Source of the DNA: an uncultured Chloroflexia bacterium
Lineage (GTDB): Bacteria > Chloroflexota > Limnocylindria > Limnocylindrales > CSP1-4
Reading direction: 5' to 3'
Length of the DNA: 64,000 bases
Assembly (NCBI GenBank): GCA_963748625.1
Contig: CAVVJT010000010.1
Span: 576,001-640,000, forward strand
In this document: positions 29,071 to 38,564 of the stretch, piece after piece
Position numbering within the stretch: position 1 is the stretch's first letter
Layout of the letters: the number at the start of each line of letters is the position of its first letter
The notes under the pieces: generated by a model
What the model was told of the DNA's origin: nothing
Databases searched by the model: none
Seen by the model: only the letters and a program-made list of their open reading frames with translations
Made by a program: the position numbers and the translations under genes

Positions 29071-29631
29071 GTGCCGACTCCGCCCCGTACCTCGCTCGAT
29101 GAGATCGTCCGCGCGGGCCGGTCGATCCTCGATGCCGAGGGCCTCGAAGCGCTCACCATGCAGCGGGTGGCGGTCGCGGTGGGCGTGCGCGCCCCGTCCC
29201 TCTACAAGCGGGTCCGCGACCGCGACGCCCTCGTGCGGCTGATCGCCGCCGACGTCTTCGACGACCTCGGCCTGTCGCTGGCCGACGCTGTCGGGATGGG
29301 CGATCCGCGTGCCGACCTGCGCGCACTCGCAACCGCCTTCCGGGGGTGGGCGAAGCGCCACCCTGGCGGGTTCGGACTGCTGTTCGCCCCCCTTCCAGAT
29401 GCGTGGCGCCTGGAACCCCCTGCGGGTGGCGCATCGCTTGACGCCCTGTTCGGCGTGGTCGCGAGGCTGGCCGACGACGACCATGTCCTCGACGCGTCGC
29501 GGCTGCTCGTCGCGTGGGCCAGCGGCTTCGTGTCCATGGAGCTGGCCGGCGCATTCCGGCTCGGCGGCGACGTGGACGAGGCGTTCGCCTACAGCGTGGA
29601 CCGTCTCACCGTCGCCCTCGAAGGGGCCTAG
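29071..29631 (+). CDS. TetR-family transcriptional regulator
   Basis: GLEALTMQRVAVAVGVRAPSLY HTH; WHG-like C-terminus (WASGFVSME). Confidence 0.92.
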   Translation: MPTPPRTSLDEIVRAGRSILDAEGLEALTMQRVAVAVGVRAPSLYKRVRDRDALVRLIAADVFDDLGLSLADAVGMGDPRADLRALATAFRGWAKRHPGGFGLLFAPLPDAWRLEPPAGGASLDALFGVVARLADDDHVLDASRLLVAWASGFVSMELAGAFRLGGDVDEAFAYSVDRLTVALEGA

Positions 29632-29757
29632 GATCCAGGCTCGTCCGCCAGCGGGCAGCGGCCAAGCCGAGAGGCCAGCTGGCCGACGCCCAGCCCGCCC
29701 GCAGGGGGCCGAACGCCCGTGTAAATCACCACGGCACTCCACGAGCATCAGCGTGGC

Positions 29758-30303
29758 ATGACGGTTGGCGTGGGTGAGGTCGAGCGGTCGGGCGCCACCC
29801 TGGTGGAGCGGATGGCCCATGGCGACGAGGCCGCCTTCGCCCAGGTCGTGGCGGCCCACCACGGCGCGATGGTCCGCGTGGCGTTCATCGTCACGGGTGA
29901 CCTCGACCTCGCCGACGACGCGGCCGCCGCGGCATGGACACTCGCGTGGCGACGCATCGACACCCTGCGCGAGCCCGACCGGCTCCGGTCGTGGCTGGTC
30001 TCCATCGCTGCCAACGAGGCCCGCGGGCTCGTCCGCAAGCGCGCCCGCCACCCCTTGCGCCAGATCGAGGTGGCCGACCAGCTCGCGTCCCCCGACAGCC
30101 CGGCCGACCGCGACGAGGATCTCGATCTCACGAACGCCCTGGCCCACCTGAGCGCCGACGATCGCGCGCTCCTTGCGCTGCGCTACGTCGCCGGATTCGA
30201 CTCCTTCGAGATCGCCCGTGCCACGGGCCGCTCGGCGTCCGGCACGCGCGCCCGCCTTGCACGCCTCCTGGCGCGCCTCCGAACGGAGCTCGGCGATGAC
30301 TGA
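29758..30303 (+). CDS. ECF RNA polymerase sigma factor
   Basis: GDEAAF, WLVSIAANEA (region 2), ALAHLS..DRALLALRY..EIA (region 4). Confidence 0.9.
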   Translation: MTVGVGEVERSGATLVERMAHGDEAAFAQVVAAHHGAMVRVAFIVTGDLDLADDAAAAAWTLAWRRIDTLREPDRLRSWLVSIAANEARGLVRKRARHPLRQIEVADQLASPDSPADRDEDLDLTNALAHLSADDRALLALRYVAGFDSFEIARATGRSASGTRARLARLLARLRTELGDD

Positions 30304-31474
30304 GCGACTGGAGTTCGAGGTCATCCTGGAGCGCCGCCTGTGCGCACGCGCCGACCTCGCGAGGCGCCCCTTCGACGCGGTCGAGATCGCGCGTGGCGCC
30401 GTCGCGGCCGCACCGGCCCGCCGGCGGCTGGCTCTCCCGGTGTTCGACCGGCCGGCGTGGGGCATGGTCCTGCTGGGCGTGCTGCTCCTGCTGGCGCTGG
30501 GCGCACTCGCGGCCGGTGTGCTGCTGCGCCAGCGACCGGAGCCGCTGCTCGCGGTCGCTCGCCGCGACGGCGTCTACCTGGTCCACCAGGACGGCATCCC
30601 GGTCGTCCGCCTTGCGGACACCGGCACCTACCCCCGGTTCGCGTGGTCGGCAGACGGTCAGCTGCTGCTGATCCAGGATGTCTTCAGTGGTGGCAACGAG
30701 GTGAGGCTGTCCGCGTACGGGCTCGAAGGGACGCTCCTGTGGACGACATCCGAGGCCGCCACTGACTTCGTGGGCTGGTCGCATCACGGCCATCGGATCG
30801 CGTGGGTCTCCGGTCCCGGGCACTGGCTCAGGCTCACCGATGTGGACACCGGAACCACCGAGTTTGTGGAGAGCAAGGCGAGCGGCGTGTGGGGCGGGAC
30901 GTCGTGGTCGCCCGACGACGACTGGGTGCTGGTCTCCGGTGAGGACCTCTCGATCGTCCCCCTTGACGGCAGCAAGCTGCGGGCCACGAGCCTGGCGCCC
31001 GGCTACCAGGTGCAGTACGCGACCGTGTCGCCCGACGGTCGTCTGATCGCGGCAATGGAGGCCTGCATCCCGCCTGCCTGCACGCAGAACCGGGTCGACC
31101 TCGCGATCCGCGACGCGACGACGGGCGACGAGGTGCTGCGGCTGCCGGCTGCGGGCGGCTATCCAATCGCGTGGTCCCCCGACGGCCTCCGCGTGGGGTG
31201 GCGGGCGATCTCCCCGAATCCTGCGGCCGTGATGACGACGACGCCGACGTCCAGGGGCGCCACCGTCGCCGCAACCGGCACCGACGGCGTGCAGTTCTCC
31301 GGCTGGACGCCCGACGGGAGCATCCTCGCGATCGAGTTCGGCCCAGCTGGCGACTGCGACACCACGGGCTGTCCGTGGACTGGTGGCTCGCTGTGGCGCG
31401 TGGGCATCGACGGCCTGACCAAGGAGCTGCTGATGACCGACATCAGCGAGGCCGCCCTGCAGCCCGTGCCCTAG
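30296..31474 (+). CDS. Putative anti-sigma factor: one TM helix + TolB/WD40-like beta-propeller
   Basis: Overlaps the sigma stop; short N-terminal helix, TM helix, then repeated WSxDG motifs (WSADG, WSHHG, WSPDD, VSPDG, WSPDG, WTPDG). Confidence 0.75.
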   Translation: MTERLEFEVILERRLCARADLARRPFDAVEIARGAVAAAPARRRLALPVFDRPAWGMVLLGVLLLLALGALAAGVLLRQRPEPLLAVARRDGVYLVHQDGIPVVRLADTGTYPRFAWSADGQLLLIQDVFSGGNEVRLSAYGLEGTLLWTTSEAATDFVGWSHHGHRIAWVSGPGHWLRLTDVDTGTTEFVESKASGVWGGTSWSPDDDWVLVSGEDLSIVPLDGSKLRATSLAPGYQVQYATVSPDGRLIAAMEACIPPACTQNRVDLAIRDATTGDEVLRLPAAGGYPIAWSPDGLRVGWRAISPNPAAVMTTTPTSRGATVAATGTDGVQFSGWTPDGSILAIEFGPAGDCDTTGCPWTGGSLWRVGIDGLTKELLMTDISEAALQPVP

Positions 31475-31499
31475 GCCTGACAGTTGGGAGGTTCGGGTC

Positions 31500-33398
31500 A
31501 TGCTGGTCTGGAGCAGGCGTCCCGTGCTGCGTCCCGTGCTGGTCGCGGTGCTTGCGCTCTTCGTGGCAGGCTGCGCATCCGGGGCGGCGAGCCCGGCGCC
31601 ACCGGCCCCGGGCGGCGCGTCCGCATCTCCGGCACCGTCGGCCGTCCCGCCGGCGGCGACACCGGCGGCCACCGCCTCGTCGGCCGCCACATCGGGGCCG
31701 ACGACAGCGTCGCCGATCTCCCTCCCGGACCTTGCGATCCGGACGTTCTCCGTCCACTTCGCGTGGACCGCGCCGTTTGCCGTCGACAGGGACGGCCACC
31801 TCTACATACCCACGGGCACGGAGGGCGCCGCCCTCACGAAGCTTGCGCCCGACGGCCGGATCCTCGCGACGTGGGCGAGCCCCGAGACCGTGCCCGGCCA
31901 GCCCGACACCGTCGCCGGCGTGGCGATCGATCCGGCTGATGGCGACGTGTGGGTCTCGGATGCGACCTCGGACCAGGTCGTCCGCCTGACGTCCGACCTC
32001 GAGCAAGTCTCCAGCTTCGGCGGAACCGGTCCGGGCGAGGGTCGGTTCTCCAGCCCGGGCGGCCTCGCGCTCCTGCCTGATGGCACGATCGTCGTGGCCG
32101 ACATGGGCGGCGACCGCGTCGAGTACTTCGACCGCGACGGGACGTTCCTGCGCCAGGTCATCGCCCCGGGCGGCAGGATCGCGCCCTACGACGTCGCGGC
32201 GGACGGGACGGGCAACGTGTGGGTCACCGGGTCGCAGCCCGGAGCGTTCGGCGAGCAGGCGGGCATGGCCGTGAAGCTCGGGGCGGATGGGGCCGTGCTG
32301 CAGCGCGTGGACACCGTCCCCGGAGGCAAGACCTGGTTCCCGAGCGTCGCGGTCGCAGGGGACCGCGTGCTGGTCGCCGATGCCTGGCAGGGCCTCCTGG
32401 AGCTCCAGGCCGATGGAAGCCTCTCGCGCATCGGTGCGATCGGCGGCGGCCTGACGTCTGCCGCCACAGTCCGCGTAGCGCCCGGCGGCGACATCTACAC
32501 GCTCGCCTGCACCTTCGCGAGCACCAGCTGCGTGATCGAACGGCGGGCGCGCGGAGGCGCGAGGCTCGCCAGCTGGCGCGCCCTGGGCGCACTGCCGACG
32601 CCTGCAGGCGGCACCACGGTGCAGGTGGACGGCCGCGACATGTACCTCCAGTGCATCGGTGAGGACAGCCCGACGATCGTCTGGATCTCCGGGCACGGTG
32701 CTCCGGGCTGGCTGTCCACGGCGCAGTACCTGCAGTCGCAGCTGGCAACGGTCTCGCGCGTGTGCATGTACGACCGCCAGGGTCTCGGCTTCAGCGAGTC
32801 GGCCGGCTACGCCGACATGGACCACTGGCTCAACGACACCGCCGACCTCGCCGCGCTCCTCCAGGCAGCCAAGGTTGACGGGCCGTACGTGATGGCGGGC
32901 CACTCCTACGGCGGGCTCCTGGCCCGGATCTTCGCCTACGAGCACCGCAAGGACGTCGCCGGCGTCCTCGCGATCGATCCCAGCAGCGAGAACCAGTTCT
33001 CCCAGGAGCTCGTCAATCCGGACGCGCCGACCGGCGACCCCACCTGCACCAGCTGCCCGTTCTACCCGGACATCGAGGCGGTCCACGAGATGACGAAGGG
33101 CAAGGTCGCCGGCTCGCTCGGCGACCTCCCGCTGATCGTGCTCGGCCACGCTCCGGACCTGCCGTTCTGGCCGGGTGCCTACAACGCCACGTGGCTGGAC
33201 CTCGGTCGCGAGACAGCGACGGCATCCTCGAACGCCGAGTTCGTCACGGCATCGTGGTCGAGCCACAGCATCCCGACCTCCCAGCCCGCGCTGGTCGTCG
33301 AGGCGCTGCGTGAGCTGGTCGCGGCGGCGAGGTCGACGAGCCACGAGCTCCCGGCGTGCGGCGAGGCACTGACCGCCGTGGGCGGCGTCTGTGATTGA
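31500..33398 (+). CDS. Lipoprotein: NHL-repeat propeller fused to an alpha/beta hydrolase
   Basis: Lipobox VAGC, Pro/Ala linker, NHL repeats (GPGEGRFSSPGGLAL), YDRQGLGFS, GHSYGG nucleophile elbow. Confidence 0.85.
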   Translation: MLVWSRRPVLRPVLVAVLALFVAGCASGAASPAPPAPGGASASPAPSAVPPAATPAATASSAATSGPTTASPISLPDLAIRTFSVHFAWTAPFAVDRDGHLYIPTGTEGAALTKLAPDGRILATWASPETVPGQPDTVAGVAIDPADGDVWVSDATSDQVVRLTSDLEQVSSFGGTGPGEGRFSSPGGLALLPDGTIVVADMGGDRVEYFDRDGTFLRQVIAPGGRIAPYDVAADGTGNVWVTGSQPGAFGEQAGMAVKLGADGAVLQRVDTVPGGKTWFPSVAVAGDRVLVADAWQGLLELQADGSLSRIGAIGGGLTSAATVRVAPGGDIYTLACTFASTSCVIERRARGGARLASWRALGALPTPAGGTTVQVDGRDMYLQCIGEDSPTIVWISGHGAPGWLSTAQYLQSQLATVSRVCMYDRQGLGFSESAGYADMDHWLNDTADLAALLQAAKVDGPYVMAGHSYGGLLARIFAYEHRKDVAGVLAIDPSSENQFSQELVNPDAPTGDPTCTSCPFYPDIEAVHEMTKGKVAGSLGDLPLIVLGHAPDLPFWPGAYNATWLDLGRETATASSNAEFVTASWSSHSIPTSQPALVVEALRELVAAARSTSHELPACGEALTAVGGVCD

Positions 33399-33638
33399 CG
33401 TGGCCGGTCCCCCGCCACCGTCGGATCGGTGACGTAGCGGCTCTGGGCGGGCACGGCCCGACACTGGCACCCGGCCGCCGGGCCCGCTGGTGGATGACCG
33501 AGGCTCCCCGGGTGGTGTGGGCGTTGGGCACGCGAGACGCCTACCGGCGGCCGCGGCGGCGGGAGACCCTCCGTGAAACCCGCTTCACGCGGGCGACGAC
33601 ACGTCGCGCGAGAACGTCGGCGCGCTGTCCGCCGAGGA

Positions 33639-35264
33639 TCAGCGGTGCGGACGACGCGCCCGGACGCGGACACCTGCGCGGCGGCGGAGCCGTGTCGAGC
33701 GCCGGTGGAACCGTTCGGCCAGCTCGGCCATGACGGATACGGGCGGGACATGGAGCTGCAGGCCCCCGCCGCGCAGGAGCACCAGCTCCGGCCCGTCCTC
33801 GGGCCGTCGACGCACGCCCCTGACCCTGACGGACCCGCTCGCGAGGCGCGCAGGACGCTTCCTCGTGATGTCCGCCGCCTGCGCCCCAACGAGCACCTCC
33901 CAGATCCCACCCGGAAGTGGCCCGCCCTCATGCACGGTGGCGAGGTCGACCTCGACGCGGAACCCAGCCTCCGGATAGGAGCGGGTCCGGTCACGGAGGT
34001 CCGGGGTCGCAACCGGCACGACCTCGATCGAGACCTCCGGCCCTGCGGGCCAGCGGCGGAGGCGGACGACAGGCCGCCCTCCCACCAGGTGCAGCCGTGC
34101 GGAGCCTTCGAGCACCAGGTGGCCGTCCTCGTCGGACGCATCGTCCACGCGCGCCTTCAGGTTGACCAGGCGGGTCATGTCGAAGCACGCATCAGGGATG
34201 CCGCTGGAATCGCGGAAGTGCGGGTAGGCGGCATAGATCCGCCCGCGGTCGATCACCGGTGCACCGAACACGGTTGCGGCGGGAGCCGCCGCAATATCCC
34301 GGAGCTCGGCCAGCAGGCCGTGCAGGAGGCAGTGGAGCCGGACGCGCTGCTTGGGGGCCAGCGACTGCTCGATCGCCGGGGACGTCCAGCGCCTCGCCAC
34401 AGCGGCGCCTGTCTCGAAGACCCGGACCTGGTCGGCTGGATCGAGCGCGGCCCAGCGACCCCCGAACAGCTGGGCCACCTTGGCCACGTGCTGCCGGAGC
34501 AGATGATCCCGCCGGGGACCGGCCTCGATGCGCTCCGCGACCGGCAGGATCCGGTCCCGCTCGATGCGCAGGATCGCCTCCCCGATATCGTCGGTACGAT
34601 CCGTGCGCGACGTCTGGCTGCCCTGCCGGAGACGGATGAAGTACGCGTCGTAGGACCCCAGCACCGAGACGACCCGCGCCTGGAGGTACGCGCGCTGCAT
34701 GAAGTCGGCATCCTCGCCATTGGTGACCCCGGGCTCGAACCGCAGCCCGGCGTCCTCGATGAAGGAGCGACGGAACAGCTTCTGCGTGTTGGCCGACATG
34801 TTCACGTAGTCCAGCGTCGCGCGGTCCACGTCCCGGTTGTAGCGCAGCGCTCCGGGCTTGGCCCGCCCCTCGACCCCGATGATCCGCGCCACCACGATGT
34901 CCGACGTGTTCTTCTCAGCCATGGCCACGAGGCGCTCGAGGGCCTCCGGTCCGAGGTAGTCGTCGCCATCGAGGAAGAAGACGTAGCGTCCCCTGGCCAC
35001 GTCGAGCCCGGTGTTGCGTGGCGCACCCGGGCCACCCGAATTGGGCTGGTGGACGACGCGCATCCAGGGGTTGACGCTCCCGAGCGCGTCGAGAACCGTC
35101 GGGGTGGCATCGGTCGATCCGTCATCGACGACGATCAGCTCGAGCGTGTCGGTGCCGATGGACTGCACGGCGACCGAGCTGACGCACTGCTCGATCCAGG
35201 GGGCGATGTTGTACGCGGGGACGATGACCGAGACGATCGGTCCGTCATTGCCACCTTCGCGCAC
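33639..35264 (-). CDS. Glycosyltransferase family 2 with a long C-terminal region
   Basis: VSVIVPAYN, VDDGSTD, NSGGPGAPRNTG, FLDGDD, GED. Start inferred at GTG 35264. Confidence 0.9.
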   Translation of the reverse strand: MREGGNDGPIVSVIVPAYNIAPWIEQCVSSVAVQSIGTDTLELIVVDDGSTDATPTVLDALGSVNPWMRVVHQPNSGGPGAPRNTGLDVARGRYVFFLDGDDYLGPEALERLVAMAEKNTSDIVVARIIGVEGRAKPGALRYNRDVDRATLDYVNMSANTQKLFRRSFIEDAGLRFEPGVTNGEDADFMQRAYLQARVVSVLGSYDAYFIRLRQGSQTSRTDRTDDIGEAILRIERDRILPVAERIEAGPRRDHLLRQHVAKVAQLFGGRWAALDPADQVRVFETGAAVARRWTSPAIEQSLAPKQRVRLHCLLHGLLAELRDIAAAPAATVFGAPVIDRGRIYAAYPHFRDSSGIPDACFDMTRLVNLKARVDDASDEDGHLVLEGSARLHLVGGRPVVRLRRWPAGPEVSIEVVPVATPDLRDRTRSYPEAGFRVEVDLATVHEGGPLPGGIWEVLVGAQAADITRKRPARLASGSVRVRGVRRRPEDGPELVLLRGGGLQLHVPPVSVMAELAERFHRRSTRLRRRAGVRVRARRPHR

Positions 35265-35461
35265 GTGGAAGCCCCTGCAGCCGGAATGCCGATGATCGGG
35301 CGCGCCGTCTGCGAGGCCCCTGGACGTGCCCGAGCGGCCGGCCCGCAGCGCATCGTACACCGCACCCCAGCCCGTGCCGGGGGCACCATGCCCCACGGCG
35401 GTTCAACAGGCTACTTTCCGCGAACACGTTTACGGCATGACCCGCTACACTCCGCTGCACC

Positions 35462-36484
35462 ATGACCGTGACGTCCGACCTCGACCTGAACCAGCTCCTC
35501 GCAGACACCGAGGCGGAGATCCTCCGCGTCGTCAAGGACCGGGATCCCTCGACCACGGGCGTGTACGAGATGATCCGGTACCACCTTGGCCTCGACGGCT
35601 CCGACGGTCCGCGCGGCAAGCGCATGCGCCCGCTGCTGGGCCTCCTTGCCTACGCGTCGATCGCCGGCGAGCACACGCGGGCGCTGCCGGGCGCTGCCGC
35701 CGTGGAGCTGGGCCACAACTTCAGCCTGGTCCACGACGACATCGAGGACGGCGATGTCGAGCGGCGGCACCGCCCCACGCTCTGGGCGGTCCACGGCGTG
35801 CCCCAGGCGATCAACACCGGCGACCTGATCTTCAGCCTGAGTCGCGTCGCCCTGCACCGCCTGACCGACCTCGGGTTCTCCGACAAGAAGGTCCTGCGCC
35901 TCATGCGTCTCTACGACGAGACATGCGTGATGCTCTGCGAGGGCCAGTACATCGACATCGCCACCTCATCCCAGGGCGATCCGATGACGGTGGAGCTGTA
36001 CTTCGACATGATCGGCCGCAAGACCGCGGCACTGATCGCCGGCTCCATCGAGGCCGGCGCCCTGCTGGCCACCGACGACGACGACGTCATCGCGCGCTAC
36101 CGGCGCTTCGGCTGGGCGCTGGGCCTGGCGTTCCAGCTCAACGACGACCTGCTGGGCATCTGGGGCCAGGAGCAGAAGACGGGCAAGGTGCCCACTGACA
36201 TCGCCCGCCACAAGAAGACCCTGCCGGTGCTCTACGCGTTCGAGAACGCCTCGCCCGAGGACCGCGCGCGGCTCACGGAGGTGTCGGCCATCGAGGAGCC
36301 GACCGAGGCCGAGATCGCCGAGACCATGGCGATCCTGGAGCGCTCGGGCGCCGAGGACTTCACCCGGTCCGAGGCGCGCCGATGGCGTGACGAGTGCCTC
36401 GCCGAGCTCGAGGGGCTGACCGTGGTGGAACCTGGGGCCCGCGCCCAGCTGACAGGCATCATCAACGCGGTGATCAGCGCGTAG
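35462..36484 (+). CDS. Polyprenyl diphosphate synthase (IdsA/GGPPS-like)
   Basis: GKRMRP, LVHDDIED..RR, GQYID, KT, AFQLNDD. Confidence 0.93.
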   Translation: MTVTSDLDLNQLLADTEAEILRVVKDRDPSTTGVYEMIRYHLGLDGSDGPRGKRMRPLLGLLAYASIAGEHTRALPGAAAVELGHNFSLVHDDIEDGDVERRHRPTLWAVHGVPQAINTGDLIFSLSRVALHRLTDLGFSDKKVLRLMRLYDETCVMLCEGQYIDIATSSQGDPMTVELYFDMIGRKTAALIAGSIEAGALLATDDDDVIARYRRFGWALGLAFQLNDDLLGIWGQEQKTGKVPTDIARHKKTLPVLYAFENASPEDRARLTEVSAIEEPTEAEIAETMAILERSGAEDFTRSEARRWRDECLAELEGLTVVEPGARAQLTGIINAVISA

Positions 36485-36695
36485 GACGAGCCCGGCCGTG
36501 GGCCGCCTGGGCACCTCACTGAGGCTCGCTCGGCCCAGCTCGCGTGACGCTTGGGTCGCTCACACCGGTCGGCGCATCGTCTTGCGATGGGCGGGGGCGA
36601 CACCTCTGCTGATCAGCCCTTGCCGCACTGCGGATCACGCCTACTCTTGGACCACTCGGTCCGCGTGACGGCGGCCGTATGACGGGGTGCGACAC

Positions 36696-36851
36696 ATGAC
36701 CAACGACACCCAGCCGACCGGGACGGACCAGACCAGCACCTGGGACTGGGTCAAGGCCGCCCTGTTCATCGCAATCATCGTGGTTGTCGTGGTCCTGGTG
36801 TTCCTGGTCGGCACCGGCCAGTTCTGGGGCTGCGGCGCCTACACCTGCTGA
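36696..36851 (+). CDS. Small single-pass membrane protein (51 aa)
   Basis: MTNDTQPTGTDQTSTWDWVKAALFIAIIVVVVVLVFLVGTGQFWGCGAYTC; GC3-rich codons and a clear TM helix; too short for the ORF track. Confidence 0.7.
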   Translation: MTNDTQPTGTDQTSTWDWVKAALFIAIIVVVVVLVFLVGTGQFWGCGAYTC

Positions 36852-36982
36852 GGCCGTCGGACGCGGAGCCGCCACACGGCCGCGCCTTCCTCGATCTCGT
36901 CGCCCTCGTAGTGGTACGGCAGGTCGGGCGCCCGGATGATCGTGGCTTGGCGGATTGGCGACCCAGCGTCAGTCGCGTCGCG

Positions 36983-37059
36983 TGGACGAAGCGTCTGTGA
37001 ATCCCCGTCGCGGGGGCTTCGGGCGGTCCCCGGTGGGGGTTTCGCAGGCGCTGCGTCCA
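36983..37059. repeat. Imperfect 24-bp inverted repeat (REP/MITE-like hairpin)
   Basis: TGGACGAAGCGTCTGTGAATCCCC versus the reverse complement of GGGGTTTCGCAGGCGCTGCGTCCA (20/24). Confidence 0.7.
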
Positions 37060-37226
37060 AGAAACGTCGCCGACGAGTCGCCGGTGGCGGCTGATCCGCG
37101 TCGTCGTCGCCGGTTCATGGACGGAGCGTCCAGCCCAGGCCCGCTGCCACTTTGGCGGGCCTCGGTCGCCCGCCGCGCACGCGGCCGGCACTCCGCCCGC
37201 GGCCGCTGCTCCCGCCGCGGCCTCCC

Positions 37227-38564
37227 CTACTCCTCGTCGCCGGGCGCCGACTGGTCGTCGACCGCGCGCTCGCGCGCAATCAGCACCTTGCCCACGCGAC
37301 GGCCGTCCGTCGTCTCCACGGTGAGCCGCATGCCGTCGATCCGGATCTCGTCCCCCGGCTGCGGGATGCCGCCCACGCGGTGGTAGACGAGTCCGCCGAT
37401 GGTGTCGTACTCGTCGTCGTCCTCAAGCACGAGCCGCGTGTCCCACAGGTCCTCGAGATCGTCGACCGACGCGCGACCGTCCACCCGGAAGTGGTCGTTG
37501 TCGAGCGCCTCGATGAGCGGCTCCTCCTCGTCGTACTCGTCCTGGATCTCGCCGACGATCTCCTCGAGCAGGTCCTCGATGGTGACCAGGCCCGCCGTGC
37601 CGCCGTACTCGTCGAGCACGATCGCGATGTGGACCTTGCGCCGCTGGAACTCGTGGAGCAGGTCGTCGACCGACATCGATTCCGGCACGAACACAGGGGT
37701 GCGCAGCAACACGCGCAGGTCCGAGCCCTTCGCGGCGGTGGTCTTGAGGAACGGGAGCAGGTCCTTGGCGTAGAGGATGCCCACCACCTCGTCCACCGAG
37801 GTCTCGTAGATGGGGACCCGGGAGTGGCCCTCCTCGATGATCTTGTCGATCGCCTCATCGAAGGAGGTCGATGCCGGCAGCGCGACGATGGCGACACGCG
37901 GGACCATGACCTCGTGCACGCGCCGTGCACCCAGCTCCATGACCGCGTTGATCATCTGCTCCTCCTCGGCCTCGAGGATTCCCTGCTCCCCGCCGCGCTC
38001 CACGATCAGGAGCAGCTCCTCCGCCGTGATCCGGGCCTCGGGTGTGACCTCGGCCCCGAACAGCCGGGCGATCGTCCGGGTGAGAAACGTGAGCATGGCG
38101 ACGACGGGCCGGAAGATGCGGCCGATCAGGTCCACCGGGCGCGCGAGGCCCAGGGCGAATGCCTCCGGGTGGGCCAGGGCGAGCGTCTTGGGGACCAGCT
38201 CGCCGAACACGATCGTGAACAGCGAGAGCAGGACCGTGACGGTCAGCAGGCTCACGACCGCGGCTGCGTCGGCGCTCATGCCCCAGGACACGAAGAGCTC
38301 GCCCATGCGGGCTGCCAGGCTCACGCCGGCGAAGGCCGAGGCGAGGAACCCGATGAAGGTGATCGCGAGCTGGATGACCGCGAGGAACCGCCCGGGATCG
38401 CTGGTCAGCCGGCGGACGCGGGACGCCCCACGCCGGCCCTCATCCACCAGCTGCTCGACGCGGCTGGGACGGATGGACACCAGGGCGATCTCGGCGGCGA
38501 CGAACACCGCGTTGAGGAGGACCAGGAGGGTGATGACCGCCAGCTCCAGGAGCGTGTCACCCAT
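37227..38564 (-). CDS. Hemolysin-family / CNNM-CBS-CorC protein
   Basis: NAVFVAAEIAL, FGELVPK, VMVPR, HSRVP, DEYGGTAGLVTIEDLLEEIVGEIQDEYD. Confidence 0.95.
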   Translation of the reverse strand: MGDTLLELAVITLLVLLNAVFVAAEIALVSIRPSRVEQLVDEGRRGASRVRRLTSDPGRFLAVIQLAITFIGFLASAFAGVSLAARMGELFVSWGMSADAAAVVSLLTVTVLLSLFTIVFGELVPKTLALAHPEAFALGLARPVDLIGRIFRPVVAMLTFLTRTIARLFGAEVTPEARITAEELLLIVERGGEQGILEAEEEQMINAVMELGARRVHEVMVPRVAIVALPASTSFDEAIDKIIEEGHSRVPIYETSVDEVVGILYAKDLLPFLKTTAAKGSDLRVLLRTPVFVPESMSVDDLLHEFQRRKVHIAIVLDEYGGTAGLVTIEDLLEEIVGEIQDEYDEEEPLIEALDNDHFRVDGRASVDDLEDLWDTRLVLEDDDEYDTIGGLVYHRVGGIPQPGDEIRIDGMRLTVETTDGRRVGKVLIARERAVDDQSAPGDEE

